Shown here: one piece after another, positions 25,001 to 38,594 of the stretch
How the letters are laid out: each line of letters opens with the position of its first letter
Position numbering within the stretch: the first letter of the stretch is position 1
Assembly: GCF_963921235.1 (NCBI RefSeq)
Contig: NC_086109.1
Span: 17,300,001 to 17,364,000, forward strand
Direction: 5' to 3'
DNA from: Mobula hypostoma
Taxonomy: Eukaryota
DNA length: 64,000 bases
Notes under the pieces: generated by a model
What the model saw: the letters and a program-made list of their open reading frames with translations, nothing else
What the model was told of the DNA's origin: nothing
Database searches by the model: none
Program-made: the position numbers and the translations under genes

Positions 25001-26460
25001 ATTTTTAGCTACTTTAGGCTGTGGGGCGTACTATTAATGTTGTTTCCGTTCACTAGCCACATGAGTTGAGAATTTTTTAAAAAGTGACAAAATAATTTGA
25101 ATGGTATTATGGGTAATGGGAGGATAAAATTAGTTTAAAGGAGTCATGGAAGATAGTATTTCAAGAATTCATTGTTTTATTTTCAGACTTCAAGTGACTT
25201 CAAGCTTGGAATGAGTTTACAGATAACTAAAGCGAAAATAGTTGAATTATTTGTATGTGGTTATGGGTAACTGTTATCTTAAAGGGTGAAATGTGAATAA
25301 ATAGATTCATGGCTTAAAGATTAAAGAAGAGGAACAATAAAACCAAGTGGAATAATAAAATCACTGCAGATGTGCGACATAGATGGGCTTTGAGGCAGCT
25401 TTCATCATCTACTTTTCCAATGGATTTCTGTCATTTAGCTGATGTTCAGTATGTTCACCTTTGTATGACATTCATTCAGAGTTCCATCTTTATCCACATT
25501 GTGGTGGAGTCAGCCAAATCAGAACTTGGCTTGAATACTGTAGTTTGATGATAGGTATTCTTTGGTGAAGGTCACCTCCTAATTTCCATTAGTATGTTCG
25601 CCACCTACCCACAAGGCCAATAGCTCTCCAAGTTAATGGAGCTGGTTACAAAGGAGTCTGCTTTAAGTGTCGCTAATCTAGTCACTGAAATGTCCAATAT
25701 GTCAACCACAGGGATAGATAGGCTTAAACATGTGAAGTCCTCCACAGTCCAGTGCGTCAAATTGCCAAGGTGTATGAAGTTCCTGAAATTTTAGCATCCA
25801 TCTGTCTCGAAGGACAATGGGTGATGATCATCGTCCTCTCAAGCCTGGGCAGAAGATATGGAGATCCTGAGATCCCCACTCATCAAGATATCCCTCTTGG
25901 CCTCAGCAGTATAGTCCAAAGGAAAGCTTATGAAGAAATACGTTTGGCACCAGCTTGGCTGTAGGAGCTGCAGGAAGTATTTTCAATGACGTCCAGCTGC
26001 CTTCGGGGCTGTACTCCAGATTTGCTGTCTGGGTTTACTCCCGTAGCCTTCGTCTCTCCCACAAGGCTTTGGAGCTATTTACCCATAGCTGGGGACCCGG
26101 TTAATGAGCATTAGGGAGTGTCCACATGCTGGAGGGCCTGCATGCTACATGTGCAGGGGCCAGACCTCCTCCCCATCCTCTGTAGTTCAGCCTGAGTCCG
26201 AAGGGAGTTCAGTTTCCATGTGTCACCAGCGAGGAGGCGCTACATGAGGCTTGCTGTTGGAAAGGCTGTGTACTGGCAGGGAGAGACTCATACCTTCAGC
26301 TCTCCTTTTTGCAAGACTGCTAGCTAGCAGTGGAAACTAAAAGTAAGAGCGACAGACACTATCCACCACATTACCACACTAGACACATCACAAAAACTAT
26401 TTTGACACACATATAATATTTTATATATTCACAGTTTTTATTAGTCTGCATTGCAATGTA

Positions 26461-26721
26461 GACCCAGCTGGTGGCATAGTGGTATCAGTGCCAGACTTCG
26501 GGACGAAAGGTCCCGAGTTCGAATCCAGCTGGCTCCCCTGCACACTTTCCATCCGTGCTGGGTTACGAGCTGGTGATCTCTTTGGTAAACTCACCTGGCA
26601 GAAGGCAGTGGCAAACCACTGCTGTAACTTGCCTCGTACGCGGTTCCCCACTACGTCAGAGAGGCGTGGAGGGAAATCGTCTGCTAACCGGAGAAACTCC
26701 AGATGCAATGTACCTTTCTTT
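26461..26721 (+). mobile_element. tRNA-derived SINE, distinct family, inserted into a LINE tail
   Basis: tggcatagtgg A-box and gagttcgaatcc B-box. 11-bp TSD ATTGCAATGTA (26450-26460 / 26722-26732). Confidence 0.8.
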
Positions 26722-28092
26722 ATTGCAATGTACTGCTACTGTACAGCAACAAATTTCACGGCATATGCTGGTAATATTAAACTTGATTCTGATTCTGAAA
26801 ATGTTCTTTAAAAATAAAGATTGCCATATGTTCTGAGCCAACTCTTGCAATACTTGACTGAGAAAGGACCCCTGCTAAATTCAGTTTACTGATAGATTTT
26901 TACCTTTTGCTGTGCAGCAATGAGAAATAAAGCCAGCCAGCATTATTTGCAGTTGTTTTTGGCTGATTCAAAGCTCAGTTTCTTTGGGAAGTAGCTTGAC
27001 GTTTGCAGCTGAGCTCAGCTTTCCATTTGAGGATGTTGTGGTTCAACTATCTATGCTGTTGATTCGGCTTTCAACTTTGTGACAGCTAACTCATTTATGA
27101 TTCAACTTGCCAATTATAAGCAATCTATTTCAAACCACTGATTCTAGGGGGATGAATCTCAAAAGGATTGTAAGAGGATTTGATCACACAAAGGATTAAT
27201 GATGGATATGTTACACAGCTGAGCTGCATCCATTTCCCACACATGTACCCCGAGTGAAAATATCCTGTTTATTTGAAGTGCATTAACCTTCATGTTTAGG
27301 AAAATTGCGTTATTACTATCAATATCTTTTAAAAGGGAGGAAACAAATCTGTTACATCTGTTCCTGTTTCTGAAAGCTACTTTTTCGTGCTCCGGTGTTT
27401 TTCTACAGTCCAATGGTAGGTTAATTGGTCTTTATAAATTGTCCCATGATTAGGCTAGGGTTAAATTGGGGATTGTTGGGCAGCATGGCTTGAAGGGCTG
27501 GAAGGGCCTATTCTGTACTGTATCTCAAGTAAATATACTGAGAACAGGAGTTGTAGAATTGTTGGAAGTGAGTCTATAGGTTGTGGTCTTAGGCCCATGT
27601 TCCGATGTAATTTCATCCACTTGATATGTTAATGTGAATCACTTACAATAGATCCTGCCTGACATGCTGACTATTTCTTGCATTTTCTATTAATGTTTTA
27701 GGTTTTCAATATCTGTAAGATTTCGTTCCAATTATTGTTGAAATGTTAAACTAACTTCTGTTAGCCAGCTTGGGATACACTTTCTATTTCTGCATAGATC
27801 AACAGATGTCCTGTGCCCAATAAGCCTAGTGTGGAACCCTTTGAGCCGCTGTCGTGTTCACGCATCGACAGGCAAACTAGTTATCATTTCTACTTGTATG
27901 CAGAGTAGAGCTGAATTACAGTTGCTCTATTGAACCTGAGATCTTGTGAAAACTTTTCAAAACAATTTCATTGAGTATCATGTAAATATAGGGCAGTATT
28001 AACTATTTGTCCTTTAGCCATGGTTTATATCAGTATTGGCCAGAAATGTTATTATATATAATTTGAGGCAATATTGATAGTGTACTAATATA

Positions 28093-28620
28093 CACCAGTA
28101 GCCACTTCATTAGGTACCTCCTCTACCTAATAAAGTTGCCTCTGAGTTTATGTTTGCAGTCTTCTACTGCGGTAGACCATCCATTTCAAAGTCCAAGGTG
28201 TTCAGATATGTTTTCCTACATTCCTTTGTTGTGTTGCGTGGTTATTTGTGTTGCTGTCACCTTCCTGTCAGCTTGAACCAGTCTGGTCATTCTCTCTGAC
28301 CTCTCATTAACAAGGTCCACAGAACTGCCACTCTTTGTCACACTGTTCACTGTAAACTCTAGAGACTGATGTGTGTGAAAATCTCATGAGATCAGCAATT
28401 TCTAAGAAACTAAAACCACTCTGTCTGGCACCAACAATCATTCCACGGTCAAAGTCACTTAGATCACTTTTCTTCCCCATTCTGATGTTTGGTCTGAACA
28501 GCAACTGAACTTCTTGACCGTATCTGCATGCTTTTATGTATTTAGTTGCTGCCACATGATTGGCTGATTTATATATTTGCATTAATGAACAGATGTACCT
28601 CATGAAGTGCCCACTTGGTG
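28093..28620 (-). mobile_element. Non-autonomous Tc1-derived element with a transposase HTH remnant
   Basis: TA-flanked inverted ends (CACCAGTAGCCACTTCATTAGGTAC / GTACCTCATGAAGTGCCCACTTGGTG). - strand MGKKSDLSDFDRGMIVGARQSG....IADL..FSHTSVSRVY. Partial second copy at about 59577-59815. Confidence 0.85.
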
Positions 28621-31600
28621 TATATTATACCAGATTACATTCATGTTTTTAGTCAGAGCATATGTCAGCAGTTAATAGTTGAAGGGGATCCTATAACGTG
28701 TGACGTCTGATAACATCAGAATACATTGACTAATTCTTTAAATGTTTCTGTGTTTATATTGAAGTATATGCTCCTTTATTACAAGTAATTAAATGCCCAA
28801 ACCTTGAATCTTTGATGTTGGTAAGACATGACCGTATTACATGATGAAGCTTAGCCAATGGACTGAGTAACCTACTACTCTTTATAACTTGCATGTTCAT
28901 ATTGTTCCTTGTTTGACATTTGCTAATATTAGTTCAGCTTTTCAATATTCTGTGCTTGTAACAATTTTTGGTGCGATATATAAACTTCTTTGCTGAATTC
29001 ATGTAGTTTAGTGGAGCGTAGGGCTACAATTTATTTTTACTTAATTTTTGCATAACAAAGCATAAAGGTTTCCTGAATATTTGGCATAATTCACATTCAG
29101 CAAAAGGCTGGTGTTTTCAGCCCTGCTTAATATCCTGTGCATTTTCCCATGCAAGCTGCTGATTTATTTTAATTCCCAGAGAATGAATTCCCCAGTGATT
29201 GTAATGCACCTGCTTCATGTTCTATTCCCCACCACAAAAATGAGATTCACCGCCCCCCCATCCTCCAGGAGCAATTATGTTAAGTGCCTGAATAGTGTCA
29301 GGACTGTGTAATTTTAGTAGATTGATTGCAGCAAATGTGCTTTGCATTTTGTAAACAGTTGTGGAGTGGTGGTGGGGCAGAAGGAGAAGGACATATCCAA
29401 TGATGAACCCTTCATGGTCTGGCTTTTATTGGAAATTCTTTTTAAATTCATTTGTGTCAGTCTGGCCAAGTAGGTGTGGTACAGTAACGCTATAATCGTG
29501 ATTCTACCTGACAGAACAAATGCACTGATAATGAAAAGAGCACCATGATGTTATTGCCTGATTTGATTCAGAGGCTGACTTCAGCTGGCACTTTGAGTGA
29601 CAGTCGCTTTTGGCCTGGTTGGGTCATGTTGCAAGCTTGTTATATGACCAATAAGGCTGCAACTGTAAAACACCAGAAAGTGTGGAGTCCCGAGGTAAAG
29701 ATCGGTGCAGATGGCATGAGGCATGGTGTGGAGACCTCTGGTTTCTTTAAAGTTCAATTTACTTGCTGCTTTTGTGTGAGAGCATAAGGAAGGAGAAGGT
29801 GATACGGTAAAACGGAACTTTGAAGTCCTGAACCTTGAAGCATATTTGGGAATTTAACACTTTTTTTCAAGATGATATGCCAAGGCAAAGTAGTGAAGTA
29901 TCCTTTTGAATTGAATGTTATTATTTAATGTGATTTACTTGTGTTTGTTCAGGAATGTGTAAAATATAAGAAATCCTATGAGATGCTGGACACTGTAAAG
30001 TGTCAATGTAACAGTTAAATAAATCTTGCTTAGAAAGTCACCTTCGGTGCCAATTAAAAATGAATGTCTGTTTTCACAGCCCCAGTTGCATTGCTGAAGG
30101 GATATAGATATCAAGATAAATTGATGTGTCATTGAATAGAGAACCTGCCACCATTTGTAAAGAAATCAACTATAGTTTTGTGTGTTATCTTAAAAATCTC
30201 TTGGCCACAAGACATAAGACACAAGACATAATGCCATATGTTTTGATAATTCGAGGTTTTGTAAATGAACTTAGAATAAAGTTTAAGGAGTAGACAACAT
30301 AAATTTGGGCTAAACCATTGTACTTGAAGAGTAAGTTAGAAAATGTCCATAAAAATGTGTATAGTGGTTTTCTGCATTATGGTGGGAGTTTGGACCTCAA
30401 CATTAAAAGTTACGTTGAATTCATAATGAATGTAGAATATAAAGATTTATTTTTGATGGTGTTGCCATTTTGTTCTTCATAATCTTTGACTATTGATAGA
30501 CCAACTTGACTACCATAAATAGGAAAAACATTGGGAATTATCCCATCAGCAAAACATACTGCCATTTTCATGCTGCTTAAGATCTACTGTGCCCCACACA
30601 TGGGCTTAACTTAGTCACCATAATCCAAGGACAATGAAGCGTGTGATTTGATGCTGTTTTGAAATTTTCTAGCATACATTTATAACAATTAGTATTTAGC
30701 TTTAAATTGGACTGTGGGAATCTGAAGATGTTAGATATATAATGTATTGATGATGACACATTAACTGCATTATCACATATAATACCACTTTGCCTTGTTC
30801 CTGATTTACAATGACTTGGTCAAAATTTATGTTGTTTGTTACTTATAGGTAATTCTAACTGGGCAAATGCTGCAATTCACACAATTTTTTACCTTATTGC
30901 CATCCTGTCTATAAAAAGATGATGCTATGTGGCACCACGTTTCATTCCTATAGTCACAGTGAACTCCTTACACACGCTTCAAATGTGCGATCATTTTTAT
31001 TTGGCTTTGCATTGTAGTATTGCCATTGTTGTGATCATGGTAGCTGAGATTAACTTGAAGTAGAAAGTAGAAATTAGTTGGTTCATATACTCTAAATGTT
31101 GTGTTTTGTATTTAAAATGAAGATGGTGCAGATGGTGCCTGTGCAGTTTTTCAGGCATTGTAAAAATGGAGCTATTTAAACCAGCATGTGCCGTGGTATT
31201 CATCAGCTGTTACACTGTAGCTTTGAGAAAATCAACCTCTTTTATTTTCCTTAACTGCTGCTGGCAGAAGGAATTCCTCTTGCTGAGAGCTTCGCACTCA
31301 GTGATATTGAGAATCACAGTACAACTATTTACTTGATCCATTTTGTGTTTGGTGACAAATGGGGATGGAGCATTCCTCTGCAGACGCAAGATTTTTTCTC
31401 CTTAATTCGCTGCTGGGAACATTTGTGAGTATTACTTATTGCCCAGATAGGTTTAAACAAAAGTTCCCTGATTTGGTGTTGTGCAGCATTGCTCTCTGAA
31501 CAGTAAGTGCTCATTGTTGGTTTCATATGATAGTAAGTTTCCACTGCTCTGCTGGCTTGCAGTAAGATAGTGTACCATGTGTTTCATTTCTAGTGCGTTC

Positions 31601-32739
31601 TCTGTCATGTCATTGCTATCAACGGTTCAATCTACGCTGATGGTACCTTTTGTGCGTTTTGCCATTAACTCTGGTACTGTGCAGCTTCATACAGAAACTG
31701 TGAGTGTGAATGAAGGGACTGACTTTGTTAGTGCCGGCCTCAATTACAGTTCGTTGTGTGACTGCTTTTCAGCACATTTTCTAAATGTAGTACTTTCAAT
31801 TCTTAATATTACTGTATCCGTTAGCATTCTTCACAAGTCTTGCTTTTCCTAGCCATGTTGTTAGCATCAGTGGTATAGTTTTGTTTAAAACTGAAGTATC
31901 AAAAAATGTTCTGAAACTTCAGTCTTGAGTAGTTGGAAATGGCTTCTTCATTTTAAATGGAGGGATCAATTTCATTCTTGTTTTTCACTCTAAAATGCTG
32001 TTTATCCTCTGGACGTGATTTTTTTTATTCCCATAGTCAAATTTTGCTCCGCCCTACTTTTAAAGATATTGTTTAGTAAGTGAGATTAAATTGTTGCTTC
32101 ATACACATCTTTTTTTATATAATCAATGAGTATTTTTGTCATCTATTCATTCTGCCCAGTAGCTTAAGTTACCAATTGTGACTTGTACATATAAAATGCT
32201 TGTTTATTCATTTATAATTTATACCTGATATCAATAAAAGCATCATTGTAGGCAGTGCATCTGAATACAATGAATTATAAAGGCATATTAGTAGATCAAA
32301 CAAAGGGACAAAACTGTGGCAAATGGATTTCATTATGGCAAGTATGATATCAACCACTTTAGATCTATAAAGGAGAGAACTGTGGATGTTATCTATGGTA
32401 AAAAGCATTTAATGGGATGGAATGCTGTCTCGTCTATTCGCACTGAAATACAAAGGGGTAGAAGTTTTGCCGCAACTATACAATGATCCAGGTCATGTTT
32501 TCAACAGGAGGAGGAGATCTGGGAACACTATAAAGGATATATTGGTTTTGAGGAATGTGGTTCCCAATAAGATAACCAATGGTTAAATTATAAAGGAAAT
32601 AGTATGCAAGTACTTTGAGTAATGAAGATGAATTTTAAAAGAAGACCCACTCTCTGCCTCTTTCTGAAAAATACAAAAAAACTGGTATTTAATGAAGACC
32701 ACTGTAGTTTCATCACTCAATTGAATTGAATAATAATGC

Positions 32740-33010
32740 AAACAGGCTTTTTCCACTGAGGTTGGTTGAGACTAGGTTAAGGGTGAAAGATGAAATATTT
32801 GAGGGGGATCTTCACTCAGAGGGTGGTGAGAGTGTGGAACGAGCTGCCGACAGAAATGGTGGATGCGGGCTCAATTTTAAAATTTATCTTAAATTTGGGT
32901 AAGTACATGGATGGTATGGAGGGCTATGGTCCGGATGCAGGTTGGTGGGACTAAGCTGAGTAACAGTAGATAGACCAAAGGGTCTGTTTCTGTGCTGTAG
33001 AGCTCTCTGA
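32740..33010 (+). mobile_element. CR1 LINE 3' remnant
   Basis: ttcactcagagggtggtgagagtgtggaacgagctgcc (FTQRVVRVWNELP) and 3' end ctgtttctgtgctgta. Confidence 0.8.
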
Positions 33011-33834
33011 CTATAATGATGTATCCTCTGTGTGATTTGCAAACTGGCATAGAATGTTTGTTTAAATTCCCTACTGCGAAAGGTGGGAAAACTCCGCAAT
33101 GTTGCAGTTTCCGTACTGAACATCATGAAGAGGCTTGTGTTGTAATGTAGTAGAAGCAATCATGAACAATTGGCCGCAGCACCAGGTGGTTGTATGCACA
33201 CATCTCAAAATTGTAGTTGGTTATGTGGTGAAATGTTGGCAGTCTCACTGAAGTTTTTCTGCCAAGGCAAGATGATTTTGAACCATTTCAAATAATGATA
33301 GACAATGCTTGCTTGGTGAAGCTTTTTAACTAAAGCTTGTCCTGTTTTTCTTATGAACACTTATGAAAGATGTATATGTATACTTCACTATAACACTGAA
33401 GTTATGAGGTAGTGCCTGCCATTTTTCAGTCACAAGAGACTTGATGGCTGAGTCAGCTTTATGTAAGATACACTTATATTTTGCATTAACAACACAGATT
33501 GTTAATTGAATTCCTATCCCACCACACCAAGTAGAACTAAACTCAATCATATCTGTGACCTTAGAGAAGTATATCAATTAATTCACGCTGTGGTTGAAGG
33601 TATTAAATCCATAGTATTGTTTTAAATAGTGGATATGCTTTAAATTGTAGGAGTGATAATCCATTTTAAATTCATAGTCTGTGCCTGTGGGAATCTCAGT
33701 CTGTTGTATTCTGATTTATCTGTTGTTTAATATGCAGATGTTGTATTTATTTACATCTGTAGTTTATCCATATGCTAAATGCACCACTGTAATTACAGGT
33801 ATGTGGATCTCTGACATTCTCAACTAAATGTTCA

Positions 33835-34590
33835 GAATCAGGTTTAATATCACTGACATGTTGTGAGATTTGTTGTTTTGCAGCAGTTGTGTAGTGCAAT
33901 ACATAAAAACTATAAATTACAGTAAGATATTGAATATAAAACTAGAGTACAAAGTTCAAAGGAAATATAATCAAAGTACCTTATACAACAATGAGATTCA
34001 TTTTCTTGTGGGCATACTCAATAAATCTATAGAATAATAACCATAACAGAATCAATGAAAGACTGCCCAACTTGGGCCTTCAGCCATATTACAGAAGACA
34101 ACAAAATGTGCAAATACAAAATAAAGAAATAATAAATAAGTAAGCAATAAATATGGAGAAAATGAGATGAAAGTCCTTGAAAGTGAGTCTGTTGGTTGTG
34201 GGAACATTTCAATGATGGGGCAAGTGATGTTAGGTGAAGTTACCCCTTTGTTTCAAGAGCCTGATGGTTGAGGGGTAGCAACAATTCTTCAACCTGGTGG
34301 TGTCAGTCCTGAAGCTCTTGTGCCTTCTTCCTGATGGCATTAGCAAAAAGAGAATATGAGTGTTGGTGTCCTTGATGTTGGATGCTGTTTTCCTACGACA
34401 GCATCTCATGTAGATGTGCTCAAAAAAGGGGGAAAAAAAGTGAGGTAGTGTACATGGGTTCATTATTCATTCAGAAGTCTGATGGCGGAGGGGAAGAAGT
34501 TGTCCCTGAATCATTGATTGTGGCTCTTCAGGCTCTTGTACCTCCTCAATGGTAGAAATGAGGAAAGGGCATGTCCTGGGTGATGAGAGT
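33835..34590 (-). mobile_element. Cluster of Rex1/L2-type LINE 3' remnants
   Basis: Two LLPSGRR-type C-terminal motifs and LINE tails on the - strand. Confidence 0.6.
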
Positions 34591-35188
34591 CGTTGATGAT
34601 GGGTCTTTTTGTTGGGAAACACACAGGTTGTCGATGCAAGATAAACATTTACAGATTTTCCTCTTGTGGCTTTTTTTTTCCAAAACAAGAAAGTGTTTTT
34701 GTACATGTATCTTTATTTGGGGATTTGTTGGGGATTTCTGTCTTTTTCACACCTATAGGGATTTTTCAGTGTTATTGGGTGTGGCTAGGAAGATTTGTAT
34801 CCAAACTTGTATTATATCATTCAATTAAATACTTAAATTGATTTATTCTCAAAAACCGTGGACATTGTAGAGCTATAAAACACTACAGCACAGAAACAGG
34901 TCCGTTGATCAATCTAATCCATGCTGAACTAGTAATTTGCCAAGACCCATAAACCAGCACTGGACTGTAGCCCTCCAGACCTCTCCCATTCACGTACCTA
35001 TCTAAATTTCTCTTAACTGTTTAAAACAAACCCGCATGCACCGTTTCCACTAGCAGCTTGTTCCACACTCTCACCACCCTTGGAGTGAAGAAGTTCCTCC
35101 TCTTTCATCTTTCACCCTTAACCCATGACCTAGTCTCACCCAACCTCAGTGGAAAAAGCCTGTTTCCATATATCTTAACCATACCCCT

Positions 35189-35678
35189 TGTTGCATGAAT
35201 GGAAGTCACTGGGGAAGAGTATTAGTAGATATGAAGCAGCCTCTTTATTGAATAAAACAAGATACGACAGGCAGGCATCATATGAAGACCCTTTCTGGGG
35301 GTGGGGGGAGATGGGGAAGGTCGCCTGTGCCCAACACTACACACATTTTACGTGCTAAAGATCAAAGAACATTCAGGACAATTCAAACAAATCCATATTT
35401 TCAGTGCCTTCTTGAACTACACATTTTAACAATTCAAAATGTATGGATCTTCCCACCATCGCACCCAAAATAAGTGTATATTACTGTCATATCCATGAAA
35501 TGGGATGTTGATTGGATCCATGCATATGTAGACAATCAGTTAAGGGCCTGTTTCTTGGTCTGTCTGGTCTGCATTTTAGCTTAATCTTCAATATATATTT
35601 GAATCTGAAGGCTAGTGGTCAAAGTCCGTTCAGTTAATTGCTACATGTTCTATACCCAAAAATCACCCTAGCACTCAT
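35189..35678 (-). mobile_element. Probable solo LTR inserted in CR1
   Basis: Interrupts the CR1 motif atacccct|cataatttt. TG...CA-like ends. The - strand has AATAAA shortly before the terminal GCAACA. No clean TSD. Confidence 0.5.
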
Positions 35679-36410
35679 CATAATTTTGTATACCTCTATC
35701 AAATTTCCCCTCAATCTTCTATGCTCTAGAGAAGAAAGTCCTAGCCTTTTCAATTTTTCGCTATATCTCAGGTTCTCAAGTTCTGGCAACAGCCTTTCAA
35801 GTTTTCTCTGTATTCTTTCAATCTTATTGATATCTATCTTGTAGTTAGGTGACCAGACCTGCACCCAATATTCCTAATTAGGCCTTGAAGTTTGTACGAC
35901 TTCAAGATAACATCCACATTCCTGTACTCAATACTTTGATGTATGAAAGCCTATGTGCCAAAACCTCCCTTTACAATCCTATCTACCAGTGGCACCACTT
36001 TCAATGAATTATGGATCTGCATTCCCAGATCCCCTCTTCTACTCCTTATTGCTGCCCCCTTCAGCATTCAAGTTCTATCATGGTTTGTCCTCCCAAAGTG
36101 CAACATCTCACACTTGTCTGTATTAAATTCCATCTGCCATTTTTCAGTCCATTTCCTACCTGGTCCAAATTCCACAGGAAGCTTTGATCGCCTTCCCCAC
36201 TGTACACTATGCATCTCAATCTTCGTGTCATTGCAAATTTGCTGATCCAGTATATCACATTATCATCCAGATTGTTTGTATAGAAGGCAAACAACAACAA
36301 ACCCAGCACCAATCCCTGCAACACACACTTAGTTACAGGCTTCCAGTCAGAGACAACCATCTGGTATCACACTTTGGCTTCTCCCACAAAGCCAATGTCT
36401 AATCCAGGTT

Positions 36411-36741
36411 GTAAACACAAAATACTCTGCAGATGCTGGGGTCAAAGCAACATGCACAATACGCTGGAGGAACTCAGCAGGTCGGGCAGCATCCATGGAA
36501 ACGAACAGGAGACCTTTCGTCAGGACTAAGATGGTATGAACATTGAATTCTCCAACTTCTGGTAATTCCCTCCCCCTCCTTTCCCCCATCCCAGTTTCAC
36601 TCTGCCCCCTCCTCCAGCTGCCTATCACCTCCCTCATAGTTCCACCTCCTTCTGCTACCCTTTGTGCTTCCTCCTATTCCTTCTTTACCTTTCCTGCCTA
36701 TCCCCTCCCCCACCCCTTGATCTTTCCCTTTGTTGTGCGTG
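36411..36741. mobile_element. Penelope-like inverted fragment inserted in CR1
   Basis: - strand terminal repeat with a partly deleted hammerhead, then + strand GIY-YIG tail codons (DGMNIEFSNF). 15-bp TSD TGTCTAATCYAGGTT (36396-36410 / 36742-36756). Confidence 0.8.
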
Positions 36742-37914
36742 TGTCTAATCTAGGTTACTACCCCATCTTGTATGCCAAGCAACTGAACCTTTTTGACCAA
36801 CCTCCCATGTTGGATCTTATCAAAGGCCTTGCTAAAGTCCATGTAGACAAAATCTACTGCTTTCGTCAACTTTCCTGGTTACTTCCTCAAAAAACTCTAG
36901 GATTGGTTTGACACAACCTACCACACACAAAGCCATGTTAACTATTTCTAATCAGTCTCTATGTATCCAAATACTTTTATAGCTGTTCCCTTAGATACTT
37001 TATGATTTAGAACTCAAGCTAGGTCCTAGGACATCAAATGCTTCCCCAGATTGTTCAACTATCGTGAAATGATTTGTTTTCCTTTTTCATCGCAAGCTTC
37101 AAGATGCTAAGGCTGCTATAGCATTAGCTTACTTGGGAGACTTAAGTGAAACCTAGCCGTGTTTAAATGGGCCATGAATATTATTCCAATATGAATCTGC
37201 ACTATACACAACTGCAGTAATAAATTCTTCATCTTCAGTTCTATTAATGCCAGCATCTCTGTAACCACCTTACAGCATTTATGTAGATGTGAAAGTCATA
37301 CAGCACAGAAATGGATCATTGGGAAAGAAGTAGGTGGGAGAGTCTCACTGGCCTGCTCTTTCAAAGAGAGTCATTTAGCAAAATGGTCTCCTTCTGTGTT
37401 TAACATTTTCTCTGAGAGTAATTCAAAACATTCTGTGCATTATTCATACATTTGCTATTTCAGTGTCACAACACAGCCCTAGGAGCACAGTTGAGGGAGA
37501 AAAGTTAATAATTTGGATTTTGCAGAGACTCCATAATTTTAGACCTCTGAATTTATCCATTAAGATTCAAGGATCTGAGAGGTATTAGGATCTATAAACT
37601 CTGTAAAATGTCTACATTAGTTGGAAAGTCTGAAATATTTGGTAATAAACTTTTATGCAGCAAGCATGTATGTAGTTAATTGCAAAGATCATAAAACAAA
37701 TCATCAAAGAACTTTTCCCATAGAGAAATTATAAGAATGAATTTTATTGCCTTCAGTCGTGTTTACATACAACAGTAAATACCAAGAGTGATTAAGTTAT
37801 TGGTCTGTTACAAGTATGCATTGCATGAACAGTCTAAAAGATGGGATAGACAATCAATTGCAAAATAGGTGAAGAGGTTTTAAGGTTAAAGAAGGACAAA
37901 AGACTGCTAATGCA

Positions 37915-38462
37915 AGAGAGACTGCAGATGTTGGAAATCTGGAACAGCACACATAAAATGCAGGAGGAACTTGGCAACTCAAGATAGAATTTATGGAGTG
38001 GAGTGAACAGTTAACTTTTTAGGCTAAGACCCTTCATCAGGAAACGAAAGGGGAAGAAACCAGATTAAGAAGGTGGGGGGAGGGGGAAGGGGACTTGAAG
38101 TAAGAAGATGGGAGACGGTAGGCAGGATAGATAAAGGGCTTAAGAAGAATGAAACCAATAGGAGAGGACAGTTGTTCATGGAAATGGATCTGGCAGCATC
38201 TGTGGAGGGAAATAAACAGTTGTCTTTTTGAGCTAAGATCCATCATCATCCTCCATCCTGATGAAATATGTCAGCCTGAAATGTCAACTATTACTTTTCT
38301 TCATTGATGCTGCCTGGCCTGCTGAGATCTTCCAGCATTTTTTGTGTGTTGCCCAAGAGACTGCAGATGCTGGAATCTGGAGAAAACAACCAACTGCTGG
38401 AGCGACTCAGGATATCAAGCAACCTATATGGAGGCAAAGGGATAGATGATGTTTATGTCTTC
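37915..38462. mobile_element. Array of degraded Penelope-like terminal repeats (-,-,+,-)
   Basis: Repeated ctgcagatgctggaa / gcagcatct / ccttcatcagg / cctgatgaa motifs in alternating orientation. Confidence 0.7.
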
Positions 38463-38594
38463 AATAAGCCAATAGTATTTTGTGAAGTGTTGTCAATGTG
38501 GAAACATATTTGGGAAGAGTGGGGTTCTCTTGCATCTTGGGTTTATTTTATTTAGTGATTAAAAATTAATATAAATCCTTGATTAACTATAGGT

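Larger units (their letters stand above)
34880..36995 (-). mobile_element. Degraded CR1 LINE carrying two nested insertions
   Basis: - strand motifs YMDFSKAFDK, W.PVT..V.QG.VLG.LLF, QVWSP.YK.DI.K.ERIQR and 3' UTR. Interrupted at 35189-35678 and 36411-36741. Confidence 0.85.

Noticed and set aside
25750..26390. GC-richer block, possibly an RTE-type LINE fragment (similar doubt for 55820-56110)
   Set aside because: Probably repetitive, but I could not find diagnostic motifs, ends or TSDs.
26461..26540. tRNA-like sequence
   Set aside because: It continues into a SINE body and is bounded by a TSD, so it is a SINE head rather than a tRNA gene.
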